Shown: in pieces, positions 9,787-19,862 of the stretch
Numbering within the stretch: position 1 is the first letter of the stretch
Layout of the letters: every line of letters begins with the position of its first letter
Made by a program: the position numbers and the translations under genes
Origin: Candidatus Poribacteria bacterium
GTDB lineage: Bacteria > Poribacteria > WGA-4E > PCPOR2b
Assembly (NCBI GenBank): GCA_965208675.1
Contig: OZ242351.1
Location: 1,216,001 to 1,280,000 of the forward strand
Length of the DNA stretch: 64,000 bases
Direction: 5' to 3'
The notes under the pieces: model-generated
Database searches by the model: none
What the model saw: the letters and a program-made list of their open reading frames with translations, nothing else
Told to the model about the DNA's origin: nothing

Positions 9787-11067
9787 TTAGGTAACGAAAA
9801 TTGCTCTCAACACGCTTTCCCGAACTCGATCATATGCTAGGGCTGCACCGGCGATATTTCCGCCCGCGGGACCAAGTTGAAGCTGCGCAATTACTCCCGA
9901 CCCAAAAAGACTCTCAACGGGGGTCAGTTGCAGTTTTTCATCGAGTACCGGCAACCCGCGCACGGTTGTTACGCCGTGTTGTTCGATCAGATTTGACAGA
10001 AATGCGTATTTGCGAAGATTAAATCGATACCCCGTTGCGAGGATAATTGCGTCAACCGCGTCAATCACTCCCAGTGAGGTTTTCACCTGTAATCGATCAA
10101 GCCGACTCGTTTTGTTGATGTCAAGCACTTCGGCGCCGATGCAGCGTTGGAATTTTTTGTTCGTAATGGCAAATTTTTCCAACGCTTCGGCAATGTCCGG
10201 CGTAACACTTCCCTCGCCCCTTGCCTGTTGGATAATTTCCCACCGTTTCTCCCAATCGGGTTCATCGTTGAACGCCTCAATTGTTTTCGGCCCCAACCAT
10301 GAAGGTTGAAAGTCAAATTGTTGAATTTTCAGCGGACTTCTCATAATGGACACTACCTGCGTGCCCTGCTCAACGAGGGATTTTGCAAGGGTGCCAGCCG
10401 TTAATCCGCCGCCGATTATGACGACTTTCTGCGCTTCCTTCGAAAGCTGTGTATGACCGAGGCGCTGTCCGAATTTCTGCAGATCGAAATCCCTCGAATG
10501 CAATATACGCTCCGGAAACCGATTTCGCCAACGCACGAATTCCGGCGGTATGTATGGGCAATCGTCAGAACCCACAGCCAGAATAACGCAACGCGCCCGA
10601 AACCCTTCATTGCGCTGCGAGATAATTCTGAACGGATACCGGCCGCTGCCTTTATCCCATCGCAATTCCGCGACATCAAAATGGTGATAGAACGAACCAA
10701 TCTGTTGTTGGTCGATTTCTCGGCGGCAAAAATCAAGAAAGAGACCCGTGGAAGGCTGTGAGTACGGTGGGGAAAGTTCATTGGTGCGCTGGTGAATTCT
10801 CGCGTGCTCTACGATTCCTAACGCATCCATTCCGACATGGTGCACAGCAGGAGATCTCAAGGAGTTCATTCCCTGCTTCTGTGTTTTTATCTGCCATGCC
10901 GTCAAGGGATGCGCATAACGATCTAGAATCGCGAGATATTTCACCGCTTCGGTTCCAAAAATCTGGTGTCTCGCAAAATCTCGAATTAACCGCGCCGCGA
11001 TTGATATACCGTGGATGCCGCCTCCAATGATTGCTACAGGGATATTTTGATGGCTGAGGTTCAACAT
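9787..11067 (-). CDS. FAD/NAD(P)-binding oxidoreductase (lysine/ornithine N-monooxygenase-like superfamily)
   Basis: Two Rossmann motifs (IIGGGIHG, IIGGGLTAG), plus LRSPAVHH and LATGY. Start is 11067 or 11100. Confidence 0.8.
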   Translation of the reverse strand: MLNLSHQNIPVAIIGGGIHGISIAARLIRDFARHQIFGTEAVKYLAILDRYAHPLTAWQIKTQKQGMNSLRSPAVHHVGMDALGIVEHARIHQRTNELSPPYSQPSTGLFLDFCRREIDQQQIGSFYHHFDVAELRWDKGSGRYPFRIISQRNEGFRARCVILAVGSDDCPYIPPEFVRWRNRFPERILHSRDFDLQKFGQRLGHTQLSKEAQKVVIIGGGLTAGTLAKSLVEQGTQVVSIMRSPLKIQQFDFQPSWLGPKTIEAFNDEPDWEKRWEIIQQARGEGSVTPDIAEALEKFAITNKKFQRCIGAEVLDINKTSRLDRLQVKTSLGVIDAVDAIILATGYRFNLRKYAFLSNLIEQHGVTTVRGLPVLDEKLQLTPVESLFGSGVIAQLQLGPAGGNIAGAALAYDRVRESVLRAIFVT

Positions 11068-11213
11068 GGCACAAACACAAGCGCCGCGATGATTGTGCAT
11101 GACTTCGCGTTTGCTTGTGCATCGCGTAGATGCGTCATCTAGGTGGGCAATTGACGCTCATGCAGCCTCAGGTTTACTCAGCGGCAAGCGATCGAAGCTG
11201 GTTTTATGTTCGG

Positions 11214-13490
11214 TCAATCGCTTAAGGATTCAGAAAAGTCGCACGACTCGTCGTAGCAGACACGTTGGCGCCCCTTTGATTTTGTTACTTTTTCAAGAAG
11301 GAACGGCGATTGGCACTGCGGGCAGGGTTGTGAAACGGGTTTATCCCAATGCACAAACCTACATTTCGGATAGTTGCTGCATCCATAGAAAACCTTCCCA
11401 CGCTTACTGCGGCGCTCCCCAAGGTAGCCGCCACAGCCATCCTCTGGACAATCAACACCGATATTAATCGGTTTTGCATTCCTGCACGCTGGGTATCCCG
11501 TACACGCGAGGAATCTGCCTCCAGCGCGGCTCGTTTTAATTGTCATTGGACGGCCGCACTTGTCGCAGATCTCATCCGTCGGTTCCTCTTCGGCAGGCTG
11601 TGTTTCGCTTTCCGTCAAGGGTTTTATGTTGCGGCACTCTGGAAACTTTGAACATCCGAGGAAACGTCCGTATCTACCCCATTTAATGATCATTGCCGAA
11701 CCACATTTATCACAAGTCTGATCGGTAGTCTCCTCCATCTCCTTCATCGCATGGTACATAACATCAGGTGCCTCGCTCAAGGCACTGCTGAAGGGGTCAT
11801 AAAATGTACTCAATGTCGCCACCCAATCCAATTTCCCGTCCTCAATGTCGTCGAGCTGTTGCTCCATCTTCGCCGTAAATTGGGCATCCACGATATTAGG
11901 AAAACCCTTAACCAAGAGTTGGTTGACCAGTATTCCAATATCTTGAGGAACAAACCGCCCTTTTTCTTTGAGGACGTATTCCCTTTCCTGAATTTTGGAG
12001 ATAATTTCGGCGTAAGTGCTCGGTCGGCCAATCTCCTTTGCTTCCAACTCTTTGACAAGCGTAGCCTCTGTATAACGAGGCGGCGGTTTAGTGTAATGCT
12101 GTTTTGGGATGGATTTGAGGAGCTCAAGGATATCGCCAACTTTTAATTCCGGCAGTATCGTCTCCTCGTCATTTTCGCCATCCTTGTTGCTGTCGCCCTC
12201 GTCGCGGCCCTCCATATAGACAGCCATGAATCCCTTGAACTTGATTATAGAGCCGGTCGCACGGAAGATATATTCACCCGCGGAAACGTCAATCGTTGTG
12301 ACATCCAAAAGCGCTGGGTTCATCTGGCTAGCAACAAATCGCTTCCAGATGAGGTCATAGAGCCGAAATTGCTCCGTGGACAAATGCGGCTTCATAGACT
12401 CGGGTGTTCGTTCAACGGACGTAGGCCGAATCGCTTCATGCGCATCTTGCGCACCCTTTTTGCCTCTATAGTGGACTGGTCGCGTCGGTAGATGATCGCC
12501 GCCATAAGTCTTTTTGATGTACGATCGAACTTCGGTAATGGCTTCGTTCGATACTCGTGTTGAATCGGTTCGCATATACGTAATCAGTCCGACGGAACCT
12601 CCTGCACCAATCTCCAACCCTTCATAGAGTTTCTGGGCAACGTCCATTGTGCGTTTCGCCGTAAATCTGCACTTACGCGCAGCGTCTTGCTGCAGAGTGC
12701 TCGTGATGAACGGCGGAACTGGTCTCCGTTTTCGCTCACGTCTCTGAACAGTTTTGACGACAAATTTTTTCGTTCTCGTATCCGCGACGATTTCATTCGC
12801 GCGCGTCTCATCAATCGGAAATCCGTACGTACTAATTGACCCCTTTTCATCTCCAATCTGAAGTAGCTTCACGTCAAACGGGTCGATCGGTTCGCCTTTC
12901 AGCGTCGCCGTAATCGTCCAATATTCCACGGGAACGAATGCTTCAATTTCTGCTTCCCGTTCACAGATGAGCCTTACGGCAACGGACTGAACTCGCCCCG
13001 CACTCAACCCCGGTTTCAGCGTCCTCCAAAGGAGTGGGCTAATCTGATAACCGACCAATCGATCAAGTATTCGACGTGCTTGCTGTGCCTCAAAAAGCTT
13101 TTCATTAACTCTTCCGGGGTTATCGATGGCGGCTTGGATGGCACTCTCCGTAACCTCATTGTATATGATTCGGTAAATTGGTTTCCTCGTTTTCCCCAGC
13201 TCATGGGCGAGATGCCAACATATCGCCTCCCCTTCTCGATCCAGGTCAGCGGCAAGATAAATTGAGTCTACGTTCTTTGCGGCAGTCTGCAGCTCCTTGA
13301 TTGTTTTCCCTTTTCCGCGAATCAGGGTGTACTTCGGGGTAAATCCGTTGTTGACATCAACGCCAAGCTCTTTAGGAGGCAAATCGCGGATATGCCCCAT
13401 AGAGGCTTTAACGATATAATTTCGGCCGAGAATTTTGTTTATCGTTTTCGCCTTCGCGGGCGATTCAACAACAACTAACGATTTCGGCAT
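11214..13490 (-). CDS. topA: DNA topoisomerase I
   Basis: VESPAKAKTI, DLDREGEAI, SAGRVQS, LITYMRTDS, DAHEAIRPT and C-terminal C4 zinc ribbons. Confidence 0.98.
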   Translation of the reverse strand: MPKSLVVVESPAKAKTINKILGRNYIVKASMGHIRDLPPKELGVDVNNGFTPKYTLIRGKGKTIKELQTAAKNVDSIYLAADLDREGEAICWHLAHELGKTRKPIYRIIYNEVTESAIQAAIDNPGRVNEKLFEAQQARRILDRLVGYQISPLLWRTLKPGLSAGRVQSVAVRLICEREAEIEAFVPVEYWTITATLKGEPIDPFDVKLLQIGDEKGSISTYGFPIDETRANEIVADTRTKKFVVKTVQRRERKRRPVPPFITSTLQQDAARKCRFTAKRTMDVAQKLYEGLEIGAGGSVGLITYMRTDSTRVSNEAITEVRSYIKKTYGGDHLPTRPVHYRGKKGAQDAHEAIRPTSVERTPESMKPHLSTEQFRLYDLIWKRFVASQMNPALLDVTTIDVSAGEYIFRATGSIIKFKGFMAVYMEGRDEGDSNKDGENDEETILPELKVGDILELLKSIPKQHYTKPPPRYTEATLVKELEAKEIGRPSTYAEIISKIQEREYVLKEKGRFVPQDIGILVNQLLVKGFPNIVDAQFTAKMEQQLDDIEDGKLDWVATLSTFYDPFSSALSEAPDVMYHAMKEMEETTDQTCDKCGSAMIIKWGRYGRFLGCSKFPECRNIKPLTESETQPAEEEPTDEICDKCGRPMTIKTSRAGGRFLACTGYPACRNAKPINIGVDCPEDGCGGYLGERRSKRGKVFYGCSNYPKCRFVHWDKPVSQPCPQCQSPFLLEKVTKSKGRQRVCYDESCDFSESLSD

Positions 13491-13492
13491 AG

Positions 13493-14302
13493 TTAAATCT
13501 CCGTATGCGATGCGGACGAAGGCTGAAGTCCGTCAGAATGAAAATCAAGAAGGTCGATAAGTAGCGATCGCATTTCACGGCGATGAACAATCGTATCAAT
13601 TAGCCCGTGTTCAAGCAAGAACTCGGCTTTCTGGAAATTGTCGGGCAGTTGCTCCCGGATACTTGCGACGGCTAAAGGACCCGCAAAGCCAATCCGCGCC
13701 CCCGGCTCTGCAACGATGATGTGCCCAAGCGACGCAAAGCTAGCGGTCGTCCCGCCAAACGTGGGGTCAGTCATTACCGATATGTAAAAGAGATTCGCTT
13801 TAGCGTGCTCAACACATGCGGCTGCTGTCTTCGCCATTTGCATCAGTGCTAACGTGCCCTCTTGCATCCGCATCCCGCCGCTCACCGACACCGTAATCAA
13901 TGGAAGCCTCTCCTCAGTCGCCCGCTCAATGCAGCGTGTCAACTTTTCACCGGCAACCGATCCAACCGTACCGCCTCTTATGGCGACATCCGCAATTCCA
14001 ACCGCCGTCGGGTATCCGCCAATCTTTGCAATGCCGGCGAGCACTTCGGATTTTAACCCCGTTTTGGCAAAGTCCTGCTGCAGTTTTGTCTCATAGTCCG
14101 GAAAATTCAACGGATTCAGCGAATACAACCCGTTATCGTAACTTTCAAAGCTGCCATCATCGACCAATAGCCTGAGTCGTTCATCTGCGCTCATGTAGTG
14201 ATGGTGGTCGCATTCTGGACAAACTTTATGGAACTCTTCGAACACAGACTCCTGAATTTCGGCGCCACAATTGCGGCAGGAGACTGACTTTGAAGCTGCC
14301 AT
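13493..14302 (-). CDS. accD: Acetyl-CoA carboxylase carboxyltransferase beta subunit
   Basis: N-terminal CxxC...CxxC zinc finger, GGMRMQEG, PTFGGTTASFA and FQKAEFLLEHGLID. Confidence 0.95.
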   Translation of the reverse strand: MAASKSVSCRNCGAEIQESVFEEFHKVCPECDHHHYMSADERLRLLVDDGSFESYDNGLYSLNPLNFPDYETKLQQDFAKTGLKSEVLAGIAKIGGYPTAVGIADVAIRGGTVGSVAGEKLTRCIERATEERLPLITVSVSGGMRMQEGTLALMQMAKTAAACVEHAKANLFYISVMTDPTFGGTTASFASLGHIIVAEPGARIGFAGPLAVASIREQLPDNFQKAEFLLEHGLIDTIVHRREMRSLLIDLLDFHSDGLQPSSASHTEI

Positions 14303-14362
14303 GCTTCTACTCCTAGTATCTCTCCCAAGCTATAATAGTAGGCGAACCTCTCAAAAAGGCGT

Positions 14363-14391
14363 ATAATACCTTTGGCGATGTGGATTGTCAA
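14363..14391 (-). promoter_or_regulatory. Putative sigma70 promoter of accD-topA
   Basis: Minus strand reads TTGACA-17 nt-TATTAT. Confidence 0.6.
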
Positions 14392-14524
14392 GCAAAAATG
14401 GTCTGCGGCGGGCTTTTAGCAGGTTGGTTGTGTGTGGTGCTTATTTTGCTCTCACACGTGGGAAACATATCCATATAACATCTCCTACGCGGATGTCTGA
14501 AATGCCCTATTCAAGAAGCGCAGG

Positions 14525-15952
14525 TTAATTGACCTCTATTCCCAGTTTCCTAATCTTCTGCAGCAAAGTTGTCCTGCTGATACCCAACAATTTCGCTGAT
14601 TTCGTCTGATTAGCATCTGCGCCATCGAGTATAATCCGGATTAGCGCGCCATCCACAGCATCAATTACTTCATTGTATAGCGAATCTCGATTGTCCGTTA
14701 CGGCGTCGTCAATAAATGGTCTCAAAGCAGATTCGAGTTGCTTCTCTAGTTCAGGACGATTTGAATGTTTGCTTTCTCTGTACCTTACAATCTCGGGAGG
14801 AAGGTGTTCCGGCAGGACAATATCCGACCTTGACAGCACAGCGGCGCTTTTGAGTGCGTTTTCTAACTCTCTCACATTGCCAGGCCAATCGTACCCCCGC
14901 AAATACTGCAGGCAACGGCTTGATAGCCCCCGAACAGGTTTACCAAGCTCCGCGCTAATCAGCATCAAGAAGTGGTCGACAAGCAGCGGAATGTCTTCAA
15001 CACGATCCCGCAACGGCGGCAGATGGATGGAGAGGCGTTTAAAGCGGTAGTACAGATCCTCACGGAACTTCCCAAGTCTGGAAGCCTCGCCAAGATCGCG
15101 GTTAGTTACGGCAATAATGCGGACATCAACGCCTATCGTCTCGGTTCCGCCTACCCTTTCGATTTCCTGTTCTTGTAGGGCGCGCTGCAATTTAACCTGC
15201 AGCGCCGGGCTCATATTCGACACTTCGTCAAGCAAAAGCGTCCCCCCGTCTGCAAGCTCAAATCTGCCCGGTTTTCCTTTTGCGCTTGCCCCGGTGAATG
15301 CGCCCGGGTCGTATCCAAAAAGTTCACTTTCTAACAGCTCATCCGGCAACGCACCGCAGTTGACCGCGACATACGGTTTGTCTCTACGAACACTATTGGC
15401 ATGAATCGCTTGCGCGATTAGCTCCTTCCCGGTTCCGCTCTCCCCCTCGATGAGCACCGTGATCGTGTTGGTTGACATTATGCCTATCAGTTTGTAAATT
15501 TCTTGCATTTGAACCGATTTACCAATCAGGCGAGGCCCCAAAAACGAGCTCGGCATTTGCGCCTCAGGAAATTGAAGCTCGCCCCGCGCAGCCTGCATCT
15601 GGATGGCACGATCAAGGACCACTTTCACTTTATCTAGATCAATTGGTTTGGGTAGAAAGTCAAATGCCTGCAACTTCATGGCTTGGATAGTCGTATCAAC
15701 GTCGTCATGCGCAGTCATCACCACAACAATCGCATCCGGCTGCATAGATTTAATCTGCTTCAAGGCGTCCAAGCCATTCATGCCCGGTAGTCGGACATCA
15801 AGCAAAACAATATCGGGGGTCTCAGATTCAATCTGCCGCAAACCCTCCTCTGCGTTATTGGCAATTATCGGTTTGTAGCCTTCCTCAGCCAAAAATTGCT
15901 CAAACGCCCAACAGATTTTTTCATCATCATCTACCACTAAAATTTTCTTCAT
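14525..15952 (-). CDS. NtrC-family sigma54-dependent response regulator (receiver, AAA+, Fis HTH); no adjacent kinase
   Basis: ILVVDDD/LLDVRLPG receiver, GESGTGKE, GAFTGA, WPGNVRELEN and C-terminal HTH. Confidence 0.95.
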   Translation of the reverse strand: MKKILVVDDDEKICWAFEQFLAEEGYKPIIANNAEEGLRQIESETPDIVLLDVRLPGMNGLDALKQIKSMQPDAIVVVMTAHDDVDTTIQAMKLQAFDFLPKPIDLDKVKVVLDRAIQMQAARGELQFPEAQMPSSFLGPRLIGKSVQMQEIYKLIGIMSTNTITVLIEGESGTGKELIAQAIHANSVRRDKPYVAVNCGALPDELLESELFGYDPGAFTGASAKGKPGRFELADGGTLLLDEVSNMSPALQVKLQRALQEQEIERVGGTETIGVDVRIIAVTNRDLGEASRLGKFREDLYYRFKRLSIHLPPLRDRVEDIPLLVDHFLMLISAELGKPVRGLSSRCLQYLRGYDWPGNVRELENALKSAAVLSRSDIVLPEHLPPEIVRYRESKHSNRPELEKQLESALRPFIDDAVTDNRDSLYNEVIDAVDGALIRIILDGADANQTKSAKLLGISRTTLLQKIRKLGIEVN

Positions 15953-16281
15953 AATGCACCAATGCCTACAAGTTTAACGGTTGTATCTTATCACGTTTCA
16001 ACGGAAATTTCAATCTGTTAATGTATCGTGTGAACGCCAGTCCCTCACTCTTCTCCGTCCAGCCGCCCAGACAATTATCTCGATCGCGGCCTCGCTCAAG
16101 TCTCACTTGATAACTTTGTATACATACCCAATGTTAAATGACCATGTCTTGAGTTTGGAAAAATTATATTGCATTTTAGCGGCGATACAGTTATTCTAAT
16201 TATGATTATGATCCGAACCACTTAATCACTAAAGATGAGAAAACTGAGTTCAAACTTGCTCTGAATTAGCTTAAGATAATC

Positions 16282-16959
16282 ATGCGTAAAGAAACATTGA
16301 AGCAACTCGCCGCCGAGGCAGCCGCCAAGAACGTGCAGGATGGAATGGTTGTCGGGCTAGGTACTGGCTCTACTATCTACTATGCTTTGCTGAAGCTAGG
16401 CGAGATGGTACGCGGCGGTCTTGATATTATCGGTATCCCAACATCGAAACAGACCGAAGAAATCGCGAATGCACATGGCATACCGCTATCAACGCCAGAA
16501 CAGCATCAGGTTATAGATGTAACCATTGACGGTGCAGACGAGGTTGATACCAACCTTCACCTGATTAAAGGCATGGGCGGTGCACTGGTGAGGGAAAAAA
16601 TTGTCGCCAATGCCTCCAATCAACTCATCATTGTTGCGGACGAAAGCAAACTGGTGGAAACATTAGGCACAAAATCTCCGCTGCCTGTGGAGGTTGTCCC
16701 ATTTGGTTGGCAGACCACGCAGCTTGCCTTGAATCAGCTCTGTGACAGAATTTCGTTGCGGCTTGTCAATAATGTGCCGTTCAACAGCGATAACGGTTTG
16801 TACATTTTGGACTGCCACTTCAATTCCATACCTCAGCCCGCACAAACCGAACAGATAATCAACAATATCCCCGGCGTAGTTGAAAACGGTCTTTTTGTGA
16901 ACCGTGCTGAGAAGGCAATCATTGGCACCGCTTCGGGCATCCAGATTAGAGAGAAGTGA
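16282..16959 (+). CDS. rpiA: Ribose-5-phosphate isomerase A
   Basis: GLGTGST, DGADEVD, IKGMGGALVREKIV and PGVVENGLF. Confidence 0.97.
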   Translation: MRKETLKQLAAEAAAKNVQDGMVVGLGTGSTIYYALLKLGEMVRGGLDIIGIPTSKQTEEIANAHGIPLSTPEQHQVIDVTIDGADEVDTNLHLIKGMGGALVREKIVANASNQLIIVADESKLVETLGTKSPLPVEVVPFGWQTTQLALNQLCDRISLRLVNNVPFNSDNGLYILDCHFNSIPQPAQTEQIINNIPGVVENGLFVNRAEKAIIGTASGIQIREK

Positions 16960-16960
16960 A

Positions 16961-17920
16961 TTGAAGAAGGTATTTCAAACTAGTTGGTCGCGGGAAAGAT
17001 TTCACAGGTTGACGCGCGATACAATACGTGTTGTGTATTGCGAATTGCGTGATGGCTCACCACGCGCCGCACGTCCATCCACGGTTCTACTTTCTCTCGC
17101 CATATTTTGGTCTACATGCTCCCTAATCCTACAGCCCTCTTGTTGGGCAGCGTCGTATTTTCGAGAAAGCGGATTGACCGACATACCGACGGGAAAAGTG
17201 GTCGAACACGGGATTTTCAACATTGGGACCTACTTTGCTTTTCGCAGCGAAGACGCAATCCAGCGCGACGAAGCCGCCGCTCGGTTCGATTTTGGCCTTT
17301 TCGATAGGATTGAAATCGGTTTGACCAGCACACGGCTGAATCAAGAGAGCCATTTATCAGGGAATCTAAAGCTACTCCTATTCCGCGAATCTGGCGCAGT
17401 CCCCAATGTAGCGGTTGGTGTTGAAAACGTTGGGAACACGATTGAGAATGGACTAAACGACGTATCTCGCTACAAACGCCAGTCTACTTTCCTCGCAATT
17501 AGCAAGGTGTTTAATTTACCCCGCGTTCATCTGATTTCTGGACACATCGGTATCGGAAACCGGCGTTTCGTTGATAATGTTGGCATGGGTAAGTGGTTAA
17601 ACGGGGTGTTTTTCGGGATTGGCAAGGATTTCCATCCCGCCTTCGCTAAGGGCGATCTCAATTTTAGCATCGAAGTCGATGGCAGAGGTGTTAACTCCGG
17701 TTTAAGACATACGGCAACTACCGGTCTGCAGGTCTACCTCGGTGTGGAAGCATTGAACGCGCTCACGAGCGATGAAGAAGAAATTCGATTTTTGGCGGGT
17801 GTAGCGTGGACAAACCGTTCTTTTATGAAACAAACCGAAGACTCTAAACGGTTGTCGGAACAAGCCGTTAAGATTGCGAATCAAGCCAAACGGAAGGCTG
17901 AAGAACAGTCAACAGATTAG
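16961..17920 (+). CDS. Outer-membrane beta-barrel protein, YjbH-like
   Basis: Hydrophobic signal-like segment, then SGLTDIPTG, FDFGLFDRIEIG, PNVAVGVEN and amphipathic beta strands. Start is uncertain. Confidence 0.55.
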   Translation: MKKVFQTSWSRERFHRLTRDTIRVVYCELRDGSPRAARPSTVLLSLAIFWSTCSLILQPSCWAASYFRESGLTDIPTGKVVEHGIFNIGTYFAFRSEDAIQRDEAAARFDFGLFDRIEIGLTSTRLNQESHLSGNLKLLLFRESGAVPNVAVGVENVGNTIENGLNDVSRYKRQSTFLAISKVFNLPRVHLISGHIGIGNRRFVDNVGMGKWLNGVFFGIGKDFHPAFAKGDLNFSIEVDGRGVNSGLRHTATTGLQVYLGVEALNALTSDEEEIRFLAGVAWTNRSFMKQTEDSKRLSEQAVKIANQAKRKAEEQSTD

Positions 17921-18066
17921 CCGTATTCCTGCTGTTTACACTCATAAATTTTACTGATGTAGACTGCGATTAGCTGCAATGCAGGAACTAACACTGTTAT
18001 AGTGCCGCCTCTCATTCGCCTCGCTAACACCCCGCACTTTAGCTGGTCACAACTTTTGCTCCATGG

Positions 18067-18912
18067 CTAGGCTCTTCGATCAATCCCTGCTTCAGCGAAT
18101 GCACGAGATAACACGCCATAAGAAAAATCCGATGCTAGGAACGGATCATAGTCCTTGCGGTCTTGTACCATCATACTTACTTCGGCGGTAATGAATCCGT
18201 CATAGCCGTGTGTTTGCATCGCATGTAGGTACGCTACAAAATCGAAATTTCCTTCCCCTGGAATGAGAAACTCAAAGTCCGGATAACGCCCACGCTGATC
18301 CTTGACATGAGCGTGGACAGAATGCGGTGCTAGGACTGAAACCGTTTCTTCGATGGTCATCCCGACGATGTCAAAGTGGCTGATATCGAAATTTACCTTG
18401 AGGTTTGGTGAATCTACTAGCTCCAGCAACTCAATCATTTTATCCGGCGTATCAATAATTGCGCCGACGTGCGGTTCCATCGCAATTGTCACACCATGCG
18501 ATTGTGCGTATTCAACGAGATCAGCTGTCCGTTCCACGAGTAACTGCTTCCGGTCTTCCCACTGTTCCGGTTTACCGCCCGGAGTCGTGTTAATAGCGGG
18601 AATCATATCTTCCTGCCCTAAATCCACCGCTAAATCTATAGCGCCCTTCAGTCTCCGCAAATTGCGTGTGTGCGCTTCGAAATCGGTTTCAAGCAAACTC
18701 GAATGCGCGGCAATTGCCGGCAACGCCAGATGATGCTTCCTTAACAAATTGGCAATCCGTTTACGTTTATCGCTGTCAAGCGCGCTCAATTCTGTCGTGT
18801 AACGCGGAATGACCGTCAGTTCAATACCGTCAAACCCAAGTTGTGCAATATGGCGTATTGCCGTTTCAACGGGCACGCTCGGCATTCCCCACGTACTATA
18901 ACCGAGTTTCAT
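18067..18912 (-). CDS. Sugar phosphate isomerase/epimerase (xylose isomerase-like TIM barrel)
   Basis: GFDGIEL, AMEPH, NFDISH, HAHVKD, PGEG and GYDGFITAE. Confidence 0.92.
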   Translation of the reverse strand: MKLGYSTWGMPSVPVETAIRHIAQLGFDGIELTVIPRYTTELSALDSDKRKRIANLLRKHHLALPAIAAHSSLLETDFEAHTRNLRRLKGAIDLAVDLGQEDMIPAINTTPGGKPEQWEDRKQLLVERTADLVEYAQSHGVTIAMEPHVGAIIDTPDKMIELLELVDSPNLKVNFDISHFDIVGMTIEETVSVLAPHSVHAHVKDQRGRYPDFEFLIPGEGNFDFVAYLHAMQTHGYDGFITAEVSMMVQDRKDYDPFLASDFSYGVLSRAFAEAGIDRRA

Positions 18913-18931
18913 ACTTACGCTCCGTCATACG

Positions 18932-19717
18932 TTAGGGCCAAACCTGCGGGAAATACTGTCCCTTCAACAATTCCCCGTCCTCCACTTCTACGAACGGCTT
19001 CATTACGTGTTCACCGCTGGCATCGAACCGCGTTTCTTGCGTCATATAGTGTATCGCAATTGCCCGCCGCGGCCCCGCGCTAGTATTAGCGTGAGATGCG
19101 TGCCACGTCATCCCGTGGTGGTAGTGTACCTCTCCCATTCGCACAGGGCACCGCAATGCCTCCACTTTGCGCCCGTTGAATTCAGCAGGCAGGTCCTCAA
19201 ACGTGTCCAATTTTTGCTGGAGAAATTCAATCTGATCGCCCCAGCGGTACGAACCTGAAACCATACTCATGCAGCCATTGGATTCATCGACATCATCTAA
19301 AGCCGTCCAAGCAGTGACTTGTGTCTTCGGGTGCAGGATCGGCCACAGCGGTGCGTCTTGATGCCATCGATTAACGCCCCCTACTTCAGGAGGTTTGTAC
19401 TGAATCTGATCATGCCATACCCGCAGTTCGCTAGCCCGTGTCAACTGGGCAATCTCCTCGACAATCTTCCGATTACTCAACAGCGCCCGGAATACATCGC
19501 TCACCTCCCAAATATTGACAATTTGCCAGACTAACTTGTTTGGCGCGCTCGTCGCATTACGCTGCAAGAGAGGCTGCGCGGTATCGGCGTCATCTCTGTT
19601 ATCAATGACTCGCGTGAGCTCACGCCGCAACGCCTCCACCTGATCTCGATCCAACGCAAGTCCGCCATTGAGAAACCCCTTTGCGTCGAATTCCTCTACT
19701 TGTGATTCGGTCAACAT
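18932..19717 (-). CDS. Phytanoyl-CoA dioxygenase (PhyH) family Fe(II)/2-oxoglutarate oxygenase
   Basis: LTESQVEEF..KGF start, WHQD, WTALDD..ESNGC and HASHANTS..PRR. Confidence 0.92.
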   Translation of the reverse strand: MLTESQVEEFDAKGFLNGGLALDRDQVEALRRELTRVIDNRDDADTAQPLLQRNATSAPNKLVWQIVNIWEVSDVFRALLSNRKIVEEIAQLTRASELRVWHDQIQYKPPEVGGVNRWHQDAPLWPILHPKTQVTAWTALDDVDESNGCMSMVSGSYRWGDQIEFLQQKLDTFEDLPAEFNGRKVEALRCPVRMGEVHYHHGMTWHASHANTSAGPRRAIAIHYMTQETRFDASGEHVMKPFVEVEDGELLKGQYFPQVWP

Positions 19718-19862
19718 CAGTGACTCCCTCCCATTCAGAATAATATGCTATCTACAGTTACACGATGTACCGAATGTGCAGTTAATGGCTTTTCAATAAG
19801 ATAAAGTGAATGTGAAAGCCGCACTTGCCTATAGATTAATCCCTGCGGTTTTGGGCAACACC